This document shows positions 18,825-27,344 of a stretch of 64,000 bases of DNA, in pieces. The notes beneath the pieces were generated by a model. The model was given only the letters and a program-made list of their open reading frames with translations. It was not told the origin of the DNA and did no database searches. The stretch's first letter is position 1. Every line of letters starts with the position of its first letter. The stretch comes from a virus, in IMG/VR virus record IMGVR_UViG_3300021256_000005, one strand, 5' to 3'. Position numbers and translations under genes: made by a program.

Positions 18825-20564
18825 TTAAATAATCCACGCTTCACATTGAATATTGCTAATATTTAATTCGTGTTTAGCACGTGTCATTGCTACATACATA
18901 AGTCGTGCTTCGTTTTCTGGTGCGTCACGCCAACTTGGAAACCTATCTGGCTCGCAACCAATAATATACACACGGTCAAATTCCAATCCTTTACTGCCAT
19001 GAATCGTCATAAGAGAAACACCGCTATGATCGGATTTCTTTTTCTTATGATTCATCGTGCTAAATACAATAAAGTTATCAATCGAACTAAACCGCCACGC
19101 CATAGAAGTAAGGTTGAAAATTGAATCTCGTTTATCTTCGACTGATACTGAATCATATCGTTCATCAAGCCACTGATTCACCCTGCACAGTGCAACAATA
19201 CTATCAATGATTTTTCCAACCTGCACGTTCCGTTCTTCTTTGGTCTTTAACCGAGAAATTATATTATTGAGTTTCTCTACGTTATCTCTTTCAAATGCCT
19301 TGTCAAACTTGTGGTCAAGTAATGCTTCATACATAGAATAGTTTCGCATGGTGGCTTCTGCCCGCAGATCATCTACCAAACTTGACTTAAAGTAAGTAGC
19401 AGGGTATAAGCGTGATTCTAACAGTTGTTCCAATGCTTCATCATCACTTGTGCGATTAACTAATCTTAATACCGCCATAATACCTTTAATCGGCTGACGC
19501 TCAAAAAACGAATCACTACTATATAGCGTGTAAGGAATGTTCTTATCTTTTAGCAAGGCTTCAAGCGAGTCTACCATTGCGTTGTTACGGTACAGAACAG
19601 CCGTGTTGTTCAATTCTGCTTCTGACAGCTTCGACAAACGTTCACAAATACTCTCTGCTTCATCCAATGGAGTATCATAAGTGCTTATATTTATTTTAGT
19701 TTTAGAGCAGTCATTAGCTTTGGCGTAATATTTTACCTTGTCACCCACAAAAGGTTTAATAAAATCATTAGACGCCGTTACTATTGTATCGTTGGAGCGA
19801 TAGTTCGTATTCATGTAGATTACGTGATCCGCTTTATTACTGAACTGATAAAACAGCTCAGAATTAGCACCCCGAAACGAATAAATAGATTGTAAATAAT
19901 CGCCTACAATGAAGATGTTGTTATCAGGACACATCAATTCCATTAACTTGTACTGAACTACGTTGTTATCCTGCGCTTCATCGTTCAATAAGTATTTCCA
20001 AGTACGTCCAATATTGTCCGCCTGATATTCCTTTAAGGTAAGCAGTAACCATTCGTCAAAGTCGTACAGATGATGTTTATGACAGTAGTCCTGATAATCG
20101 CTGTAGTAGTAGCGCATCTGCTTCTCAGAGTATTCGCAATCCTTCTCCTTAAATTCATCGGTTGGATAAATACCCCAGTTTTTCTGATAAGAAATCCAAG
20201 CACGAATATCTTTGATGTTAATTTTTGGATTGTCTTTCGACCATCTGCGTTTCAGCTGATAATCTTTTGGCATATTGAGAAGATCCTCGTAACCGATTTC
20301 TTCCAATAAACGCTTGCAGATTGAGTGCATTGTGCCAGTGGTGACGCCGGTAATATTTTTGTCTGCCAGTTTCTTCTTTAGATCATTAGAAGAAGCAAGA
20401 GTGAAAGACAGAGCAACAATGTCATTTGGATTGATGCCTTGTTCAATCATATAGTTAATCCGTTCTACTAATACAGTAGATTTTCCGGAACCCGCTGAAG
20501 CAACCACTTGAACAGAACCGTCAATTGTGTGAATTGCTTCAAGTTGCTGTTTGTTATATTCCAT
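18825..20564 (-). CDS. UvrD/PcrA/Rep-like SF1 DNA helicase
   Basis: Walker A ASAGSGKSTVL, motif II LNDEAQDNN, motif III VGDYLQSIYSFRGA, motif V TIHGSKGLEFD, motif VI YVAMTRAK. Confidence 0.9.
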   Translation of the reverse strand: MEYNKQQLEAIHTIDGSVQVVASAGSGKSTVLVERINYMIEQGINPNDIVALSFTLASSNDLKKKLADKNITGVTTGTMHSICKRLLEEIGYEDLLNMPKDYQLKRRWSKDNPKINIKDIRAWISYQKNWGIYPTDEFKEKDCEYSEKQMRYYYSDYQDYCHKHHLYDFDEWLLLTLKEYQADNIGRTWKYLLNDEAQDNNVVQYKLMELMCPDNNIFIVGDYLQSIYSFRGANSELFYQFSNKADHVIYMNTNYRSNDTIVTASNDFIKPFVGDKVKYYAKANDCSKTKINISTYDTPLDEAESICERLSKLSEAELNNTAVLYRNNAMVDSLEALLKDKNIPYTLYSSDSFFERQPIKGIMAVLRLVNRTSDDEALEQLLESRLYPATYFKSSLVDDLRAEATMRNYSMYEALLDHKFDKAFERDNVEKLNNIISRLKTKEERNVQVGKIIDSIVALCRVNQWLDERYDSVSVEDKRDSIFNLTSMAWRFSSIDNFIVFSTMNHKKKKSDHSGVSLMTIHGSKGLEFDRVYIIGCEPDRFPSWRDAPENEARLMYVAMTRAKHELNISNIQCEAWII

Positions 20565-20602
20565 ACAGTCTCCTTTTATAAATTTATGTTTGGTTTAAGA
20601 AC

Positions 20603-20631
20603 AGTATAATCCGGAATGGGGTTAAAGTCAA
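20603..20631 (-). promoter_or_regulatory. sigma-A-like promoter for the leftward arm
   Basis: The minus strand reads TTGACT-N17-TATACT. It lies ~40 nt upstream of the AAAAGGAG SD and ATG of the helicase gene. Confidence 0.6.
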
Positions 20632-20655
20632 GAGAAAATAAAAATAAATTAAGTA

Positions 20656-20684
20656 TTGACAAAATTAAAAAGTTGTGTTATTTT
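20656..20684 (+). promoter_or_regulatory. possible rightward promoter firing into the non-coding region
   Basis: TTGACA-N17-TATTTT with an extended -10 TG (tgtTATTTT). The -10 is weak and the context is AT-rich, so false positives are likely. Confidence 0.35.
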
Positions 20685-20783
20685 ATTATAATATATATAT
20701 ATTAATTATATATTATATATATTTATATATTAATTATATATAAATTATATATTATTAATATAATATTATTACGTTTTATTCGG

Positions 20784-20868
20784 CAGTCGTGTCAACGACT
20801 GACGATAGCGTGACGTTGCATCGCAACGGAACGCGCCCCGCCGACAGGCGGCGTTGCCGACAGGCAAC
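20784..20868 (+). other. GC-rich multi-hairpin island 1 (four consecutive short hairpins)
   Basis: CAGTCG-tgtcaa-CGACTG (20784-20801); CGTTGC-atc-GCAACG (20814-20828); CCGCC-GACA-GGCGG (20838-20851); GTTGCC-GACA-GGCAAC (20853-20868). The last two share the core GCCGACAGGC. Confidence 0.8.
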
Positions 20869-20962
20869 TGTATAATAGTATTATATATATTTATATTATA
20901 TATAATATATATTATATTTATATATATATATATATTATATATTTATATTACATACACTTAGA

Positions 20963-21028
20963 CAGCTACGCCAGTAGCTGGCTAACGGTGCTGGTATTGC
21001 GTAGCAATGCCTGCGCCGAAGCGTCGCA
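20963..21028 (+). other. GC-rich multi-hairpin island 2
   Basis: CAGCTAC-gcca-GTAGCTG (20963-20980). GGTATTGC-gta-GCAATGCC (20993-21011), with one T.G pair that is a wobble only in plus-sense RNA. TGCG..CGCA bulged hairpin (21012-21028). Confidence 0.8.
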
Positions 21029-21048
21029 GACATATATATTATATATAT

Positions 21049-21092
<44 letters not shown>

Positions 21093-21154
21093 TATACAAT
21101 AAGATAATATATTTGTCAAGTATAAAATTATAATTATTTTAATAATATATTTAA

Positions 21155-21214
21155 TTAAATATATTTAAGTATTATATTATATACTATATATTTAGTTAAA
21201 TATATTTAAGTATT
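21155..21214 (+). repeat. two direct copies of the ~20-bp element TTAAATATATTTAA-GTATT
   Basis: Perfect 14-bp palindrome TTAAATATATTTAA followed by GTATT, at 21155-21173 and 21196-21214 (41-bp spacing). Confidence 0.85.
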
Positions 21215-21383
21215 ATTATAATATATAATTATTTATATATTATTATATATCACTGTATATTATTATATAATAATTAAGCACCATAGTTATTATATATTAT
21301 ATATTACTAATTACATACATCATCAATTACATACATTACTAATTACCAGAGTTATTATTTTATTATTGTTTATTGTTTATATA

Positions 21384-21453
21384 CTTTTGGCTCCTTTTGC
21401 TAACGCAAAAGATCACCAAAAGTTCGTATTCCTTCGCAAGCGAAGAAATACGA
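21384..21453 (+). other. GC-rich island 3: two nested (stem-in-stem) hairpins
   Basis: First hairpin: outer stem CTTTTGG/CCAAAAG with inner CTTTTGC-taac-GCAAAAG (21384-21422). Second hairpin: outer TCGTATT/AATACGA with inner CTTCG-caag-CGAAG (21424-21453). Confidence 0.8.
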
Positions 21454-22864
21454 GTGTAATATATATAAATAAATATATTATTATATTTATATTATTATAT
21501 ATTTATTATATATTATTATATTATATATTTATTATTATTTATATTATTATATATCTATTATTCTGCTGAGTTATATTATATTAAACAGTGTGGTTGCTAT
21601 ATATTATTATTTATTAAATATTTTATCTATTACTTTATCTATCGTTTGTATTATTCATTCACACTATTGAATTGTTATTATATACCCATACAACAACACA
21701 CAGTCATTTTGTGCGCTGTTTTATATATGCAGTTTAATAAGTTTACCCTAAATTATTAAAACGTCTGTATAAGCCTAATAGATATGTTATTTGAGGTGTG
21801 CCTTTTTTGGCGGGTTCTATTTTGTTGCGTGCTAGTTCCTGAGCTGTTTAGTTTATTATTTAATCGCTGTTATTTGCGCCGCCAAATTATATATACCAAA
21901 CGTCCTGTATTTTTAGCGTGTTTGTATTTGTTTGGTTGCCTATTTAGTTTAGTGTTCTGTAAGATGAGACAGTAAACTATTTGGATGTTATATTTAGTTA
22001 TATATTATATTATATATTTATATATTATTGACTGTCCAATTATTTTTCTGCGCCTTGTATCTTTGTCGGCTTTGTTTTATATTATTACTACAGTATTTTA
22101 TAGAACCGCTTGTCTGAAACATGCCTATATCTACACCTATTGATTGTACGCATGTTTTTATGACACCACCCTATAACTTTTACGTCTGAGAATAAAAACG
22201 TCTATATGAGCGTTTTAGAGCATTGTATAATACATTGATGATTGTCTATGTGTTTTGTTTAGTTAAATAAATTTAATTAAATTTCTTTAAGTATTTATTG
22301 GTGCGCCACTAGAAATATAGGCAGTATTTGACTGCTTTGTTTTGCGATGGTAAACTGTATTAAATAATTATTTGCGTGTTTTATTACCGCCTGCGAAATA
22401 GAATAATGTATATTTATTCATTGTTTATACATTTTGACTTGTTTGGTTGTTAATTTTTGCGGCTGTAATTTTTGGTTGTAGCCGTTAATGTTTGCGATGG
22501 TCTGTTTAATGTGTAAATATACCCCGCCTGTTTATTAAGTATGAGATCGCTGTTGGAGTACTTTTTTAATGTGTTTTGTATGTTATTTAGCTGAAAGATA
22601 GTTAAGCCATTAAGCAGTCAATTAGTTTAGATGATTGTTTTATGTTTGATTGAACAGAGCAATAGTGGTTGTTTCGTATTATTATATAGCACTTAAATGA
22701 TTGCTATTGTTTTGCTGATGGTTTATTCTGCGTTATTAGACAGCTAATTAGTTGAGCAGATATATGCTAATTTGTCCGCGCTGTAATTAGTTTATTTATT
22801 GGAGCAGTAAGTGATTTGCTAGTTCTATATTGCAGTTGTTTAGTCAGTGATGTTTGATGTTAAA

Positions 22865-22884
22865 TTAGTTAGGTTCCTAACTAA
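22865..22884. repeat. perfect inverted repeat TTAGTTAGG-tt-CCTAACTAA
   Basis: Two 9-bp arms separated by 2 nt. Lies just left of the iteron cluster. Confidence 0.8.
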
Positions 22885-22943
22885 CTAGGTGCTAAGCCAT
22901 TTTTGTGGCGACTGAGGGTGTTATTTTATATTAATTATATATA

Positions 22944-23265
22944 GTTACTAATTAGTTACTAGTATTTAGCGGTTGATAATATAGTGCAGGACAATTGCCT
23001 AATTTATATGGTTACTTATTGGTTACTAATTATGTTGTTGTTTTATGCAGTGAGTGGATTCTATTAGGCGATTGAGAAGTTGATTCTGGCAGTTAATTAT
23101 TATTGAATTAAGCCGCTGAATTACTTTATTTGATTGTTGTTTTGGAAGGTGTTATTTTGTGTTGATTCGAAATTATTAGGACGTGATGTAACTAATTGTA
23201 GTTACTAATTGGTTATTAGTTACTTATTAGGTATTAAGTATGTTGTTAGTTATTTATTAGTTACG
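22944..23265 (+). repeat. iteron-like cluster of GTTACT(A/T)ATT decamers
   Basis: Copies at 22944, 23011, 23022, 23188 (GTAACTAATT), 23201 and 23219, all on the same strand, plus degenerate copies (22955, 23244-23265). Confidence 0.75.
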
Positions 23266-24619
23266 TTGCGATTTATTTAGTTGCTTCTTAATTTATTTAT
23301 GTTTTGTAATATTACTTATTCTGCGACTGATTAAGTATTGGGAAATTCATTAATCTACTGATTTTGTTATGGTTTCTAAGATATCTTCTGACGTAAAATT
23401 GGTTTTGATTAATAGTTAAATATATTTAATTATTTAGTTGAGTAGTTTTACGATTGCTGTATTGATCTGATTGTAGTTGGTAAGAAGTAATATTATTGGC
23501 TGTTAGAACTATATGGTATTAGCAGAGTATATGATTGTTGTAGTTTAGTGGTTAATTTGTTGTGTTGTTTAATTATTAAACAGTGATTTATTTAGTAGCG
23601 AGCAACAATAAGTAATAAGTTTTTAGTTAGAGTGTTAATTAGTTGTAGTGCTGATTGAACACTGATGGTTTAGTAGTGATTTATTAGAGTGATGATTGAT
23701 TTATTTATGTTTTGGTAAATTTATTTGGTTTTTGTAAATAATTTTAGGTAGATATATTTAATTATTATTTATAATGACTGAGTTGGCAAGTTATGAATGT
23801 TACTTGAAGTATTCAATTCATTTTAATAAGCCTGAGATTTTCTTGTGTCGATTTAACTTATTGAGAGTAGTTTTATAGGACGCAATTCTGATGGAACAGT
23901 TTAACAATAAGGCTACTTGATCGTTTAATTAATTAGTTAGTTATTAGGTTTTTAGTTTTTTAGAGATTGATTTAGTGGATAGTTATTTATTAATGCGGGA
24001 TTTGGTGAGTAGAACTTTTATTTAGTGAATGTGGCAGTTTGATAAGTAGGTGATGGTATAGGTTGTTAGTTAGTAATGTTGATTGGTGGTAGTGTTTATA
24101 GATTAGTGGTTATTTAGTGAATTAGTTAGTGATTGTTGCTGATGTTGATTGGTTGATAGTGTATTAGTTATGATGTTTGTTTGATTGATAGGTGTGATGG
24201 CTGTTTGTGGGTGAGTGAGTTATTTGGTAATTTTATTTGATTTTTTTGTAATTAGTTTTTGTTAGTTTCTTTAATAGTGAGTTATTTATTTGGTGAGTTT
24301 GTTGGATTTTTGGAATGTTAGTGAGTTTTTAGTGAGTTGGGAAGTGAGAAGGGTGAGATTTTGACGGGGTGTGTGAGTTTACCTCCATATAGCTATTTTA
24401 GCTTTACACTTTTGTCAAAATGTATAAATAACCCCCTTTTGACGTCGGATAATAAAAATTACCCGACATGGCACTTTTTTGACATTTATGTCAAAAACTT
24501 AATAGTTAAATTTTTTTAACTAATTTTTTAATTATATATTATATATTATGCATAATATATTATATATCATATATTATATAAAATTATATTTGACACAATA
24601 TAAATTTCCAGAGCAACAA

Positions 24620-24715
24620 AATACTTAAAAATCTTTAACCATTCCCATCCCATCAAAAATACTTAAAATAATTTAACTATTATTTTTGCTCTAAAAATAC
24701 TTAAAAATTTTTAAC
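24620..24715 (-). repeat. three tandem copies (exact 38-bp period) of the ~20-bp element, opposite orientation to the 21.2-kb copies
   Basis: AATACTTAAAAATCTTTAAC (24620), AATACTTAAAATAATTTAAC (24658) and AATACTTAAAAATTTTTAAC (24696). Their reverse complements (GTTAAAgATtTTTAAGTATT) match most positions (about 19 of 23 by eye) of the 21196 copy. Confidence 0.8.
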
Positions 24716-24814
24716 TATCTCACCAGAACAAAAAATATATTTCATCAAATATAATTTGATACAACGTTATGCTGCACGTCACCAAACAAAAAATAAATTT
24801 TTTCCAAAAACCTA

Positions 24815-24843
24815 TTGACACAACGCGATACTAGTGCTATACT
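24815..24843 (+). promoter_or_regulatory. strong sigma-A-like promoter of the rightward arm
   Basis: TTGACA (24815-24820), a 17-nt spacer, then TATACT (24838-24843) with the extended -10 TGc immediately upstream. Predicted start near 24850. Confidence 0.7.
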
Positions 24844-24849
24844 ATAGTC

Positions 24850-25420
24850 AAGATAAAGATATAACTTATTTATCTTATCGTTCGGGCACTCTGCCCGCCC
24901 ACCGCTATCACAGCGGGCGTACCTTGACAAGTTACCTGTTGGTAACTCATAAGATAGGAGAACACCGTGACGGGTGAACTCTGCCTATCGTTAGTTTGAT
25001 AATTCTAACGCCTAAAAATTATCAGCCTATCTATAGGCGTAGTTTGCATACCCATGATAGGTTTACTATGAAATCGGCAACTGAAACCGTAGTTATGATA
25101 GAGTCGTTTAGACTCAAGTAGTCGGGTACAAGCCGAGTAGTAAATTGGGATTCATGGCAGACAAACTACAGCTATAGACAGGTGACTTACCCTTTGTATA
25201 TGTGAGGGTGTCGGGCTTTTCGGGTGTCCCATCAATACATCCAGGACGAAAATCATATACCGAACAAAATTGTCAACCGACGTGCCAGGGGTTGAATGTT
25301 TGCGGACTCAGTGCGCTTAAATAGCAGATAAATTTACACCGCAACATTGGCCGCCTGGTATGTCGTTACCTTGTAAGTTGCTTTAATTGCATGAGTTTAT
25401 CGTGCAATTAACGCAACTTA
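24850..25420 (+). ncRNA. candidate large structured RNA or ~600-nt structured 5' leader of the first early gene
   Basis: No credible ORF. Visibly more G+C-rich than its flanks. Many perfect helices: 24850-24876, 24884-24896, 24931-24946, 25101-25115; an H-type pseudoknot at 24989-25024; a long-range 8-bp helix GTAGTTTG (25039) with CAAACTAC (25162); and a 17-bp hairpin at 25374-25420 just before the SD. Confidence 0.45.
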
Positions 25421-25447
25421 TAAAGCGCAATAAAAAAGGAGAAAACT

Positions 25448-26023
25448 ATGTTAAAATTTAATCAGATTTCAAACGGCTTTATTGACAAGACAGCAAAGGA
25501 AAACAAGGCGGGCATTACCCGCATAATTAACTACGGCGTATCCCTCGTTGATCACGCCGAGAAACTTCTGTCTTTGCAGGAAGAAAAGAAGGAAGCAGAA
25601 AACAATCTGAATTCTGCTTCTGAAAAGTTAGACGGCACAATCTCCATTGACGAACGTGCCGCAACTCTGTTATCGTATCGGCTGAAAGTTAACGCAGTCA
25701 GTGAGAAGATTAAAGCAGAAAACAAAAGTTTTCGCTCGAAATCAAAGGTATTCACCGATGCCTTCAAGACGTCTGAATTATATCAGGCGTACAAAGAGTT
25801 TGACGGAACTGGAAACAGTTACCTTGATGCCATGTCAACGTTTCTTGATTTAGTCGGTATTGTACCGACTAAAAAAACTGTCAAAAAACTTTGCCGTCTT
25901 GCTGGTGGCTCAGTAACTACTGGCAATAAAGAAATAATAAATTGCCAATTCACAAAACGCCTGTCTAAAAAGGCGTTTGAAACTTTAATCATTAGATTGC
26001 TGTGTGAAGAGTTCGCACAATAA
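25448..26023 (+). CDS. hypothetical early protein
   Basis: 191 aa with SD AAAAAGGAG 7 nt upstream. Coiled-coil-like N-terminal half. Confidence 0.75.
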   Translation: MLKFNQISNGFIDKTAKENKAGITRIINYGVSLVDHAEKLLSLQEEKKEAENNLNSASEKLDGTISIDERAATLLSYRLKVNAVSEKIKAENKSFRSKSKVFTDAFKTSELYQAYKEFDGTGNSYLDAMSTFLDLVGIVPTKKTVKKLCRLAGGSVTTGNKEIINCQFTKRLSKKAFETLIIRLLCEEFAQ

Positions 26024-26039
26024 TTAGAAGGAGGAAATT

Positions 26040-26225
26040 ATGAGTTGGTTTGATGCAACAAAAAATTATCACGGGTATACAAAAGAAGAGTTCTATTCGG
26101 TATTCACCGATGAAGAACTCAATAGGAAATATGCCGAACTGGTTGAACATTATGATTCAATCAGGCAGGCTGACGCAGGGATACTATATGATATTCTCTG
26201 TGAACTATCAATAAAAATAAAATAG
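26040..26225 (+). CDS. hypothetical protein
   Basis: 61 aa with SD GAAGGAGG. Followed by a terminator. Confidence 0.65.
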   Translation: MSWFDATKNYHGYTKEEFYSVFTDEELNRKYAELVEHYDSIRQADAGILYDILCELSIKIK

Positions 26226-26248
26226 GGCGCAAGCCCTATTTCTTTTTT
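26222..26248 (+). terminator. rho-independent terminator
   Basis: ATAGGGC-gcaa-GCCCTAT stem-loop followed by TTTCTTTTTT. Confidence 0.8.
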
Positions 26249-26317
26249 ATTATTATATATACATGTGTCACGTTTAATGGGTTCCCATAAAAACGTGGCA
26301 GAACAGAAAGGGACACG

Positions 26318-26593
26318 ATGAAAAAGAAAATAATCATTTTAGCTGTAGCATTCGGCATGGCTTTAATCATTGGTGGTCACTCTGACTATGAAACCACTAG
26401 AGCAGAAAAAGATGTCTTTTCTACTTATTCCACCGTTGAAAATATCAACGGTCAAACATGCGTAAATGTCAAAGGTGATTACTTCGCTTTTGATGATGAT
26501 TCAATCAAAGAAAACAACTACGTGAGTGTTACAGTTGATACTCACGGTTCAGACAATAAGCATGACTGGACACTTGTCCGAGTGTGCAAGTAA
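26318..26593 (+). CDS. hypothetical secreted/membrane-anchored protein
   Basis: 91 aa. N-terminal MKKKIIILAVAFGMALIIGG is a signal peptide or TM segment. Confidence 0.65.
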   Translation: MKKKIIILAVAFGMALIIGGHSDYETTRAEKDVFSTYSTVENINGQTCVNVKGDYFAFDDDSIKENNYVSVTVDTHGSDNKHDWTLVRVCK

Positions 26594-26628
26594 CCAATAA
26601 GATATAGATAAATATAAAGGAGCAAACT

Positions 26629-26970
26629 ATGGAAATAATTAACTTAACCCCTCATGCAATCAACATTATTACAAATAAAACCACTATCACTATTGAACCG
26701 AGTGGCACAGTCGCACGTGTCACGGCTAAAACTGTTCAGGTGGGAACGATGAACTGTGTGGATTGTGATGGTGTTAATATCCCTGTTACTACAACCGTCT
26801 TTGGGGAGATTGAAAATCTTCCCGAAGAAAAACCAGAGACAATTTATATTGTATCGGCTATAGTTGCGAAATGTTGTACAAATCGGTTCGATGTATTTGT
26901 TCCTAATGGATCTGTTAGGGATGATAATGGGCGGATCATCGGATGCAAGTCACTCAGTAGAATTTATTAA
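26629..26970 (+). CDS. hypothetical protein
   Basis: 113 aa with SD AAAGGAG. Confidence 0.7.
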   Translation: MEIINLTPHAINIITNKTTITIEPSGTVARVTAKTVQVGTMNCVDCDGVNIPVTTTVFGEIENLPEEKPETIYIVSAIVAKCCTNRFDVFVPNGSVRDDNGRIIGCKSLSRIY

Positions 26971-26987
26971 GAAGGGAGAAAGAAATT

Positions 26988-27344
26988 ATGAGCATGAAAA
27001 CTACCAGAAAAGCAGTCGTTAATAACTACCCGAATATCAGGTCAGCAGACTACTGTGATTTACAGGCATTACTGCGCAATCATAACCCCCTTTGCCATAC
27101 AGAAGGCATTTACGGGTGGAACTTTGACGTATACAGCGTATACGGTCTGACAATCTGCACAGGATACCGTAACATGCCGGGAAAACGTTTAGAAGGCATT
27201 GGAACCTATGAGAAAAAAGCCGCCGCAATATGGTCAGATTATGATAATTATAAAGGTGTTGGCGGATTCGAAAAACAGCAGTCAGAAGTAGAAGAACTCT
27301 TAAAAGAGTTTTGCAAGTTGAATGGAGGGAACAATTATGAATAA
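26988..27344 (+). CDS. hypothetical protein
   Basis: 118 aa with SD GAAGGGAG. Confidence 0.7.
   Translation: MSMKTTRKAVVNNYPNIRSADYCDLQALLRNHNPLCHTEGIYGWNFDVYSVYGLTICTGYRNMPGKRLEGIGTYEKKAAAIWSDYDNYKGVGGFEKQQSEVEELLKEFCKLNGGNNYE

Larger units (their letters stand above)
22200..24360 (+). other. C-depleted, G+T-rich, stop-codon-saturated tract (G-less on minus strand)
   Basis: By eye there are only 6 C in the 420 nt of 23941-24360, and none in 24061-24120 or 24301-24360. G makes up about a third of 24061-24120. The ORF track has no ORF of 60 aa or more on either strand between 21976 and 24336. Confidence 0.9.

Noticed and set aside
21366-21975. Track ORFs 21366..21569 (67 aa) and 21784..21975 (63 aa) inside the non-coding region
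   Set aside because: The first ORF is a translation of TA-repeat DNA (..YILLYYIFIIIYIIIYLLFC) and runs through hairpin island 3. The second is a Phe/Leu/Cys-rich product of T-rich DNA with no Shine-Dalgarno site. Every convincing gene in this genome has one. I treat both as composition artefacts.
24541-24560. Perfect 20-bp palindrome ATATATTATGCATAATATAT as a possible hairpin-telomere or protelomerase target
   Set aside because: Palindromes of this size are expected in TA-repeat DNA. The only recombinase (318 aa) is XerC/D-sized, far smaller than protelomerases. There is no extended symmetric arm beyond 10+10 bp.
24337-24930. Track ORFs 24337..24519 (+) and 24745..24930 (-)
   Set aside because: Neither has an RBS. 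The first starts in the C-less tract. The second lies antisense across the strong 24815 promoter and the 5' hairpins of the structured RNA. The arginine/cysteine-rich translation looks like GC-rich RNA structure rather than protein.
24850-25447. T-box leader, small-molecule riboswitch, group I/II intron or retron ncRNA as the identity of the structured leader
   Set aside because: - There is no T-box consensus (..GGTGGTACCGCG..) and no specifier/antiterminator layout.
- I could not fold a group II domain-V-like AGC-bulge-GNRA hairpin.
- There are no flanking exons of a split gene.
- There is no reverse transcriptase anywhere in the window.
- These were rejected by eye only; a covariance-model scan is still needed.
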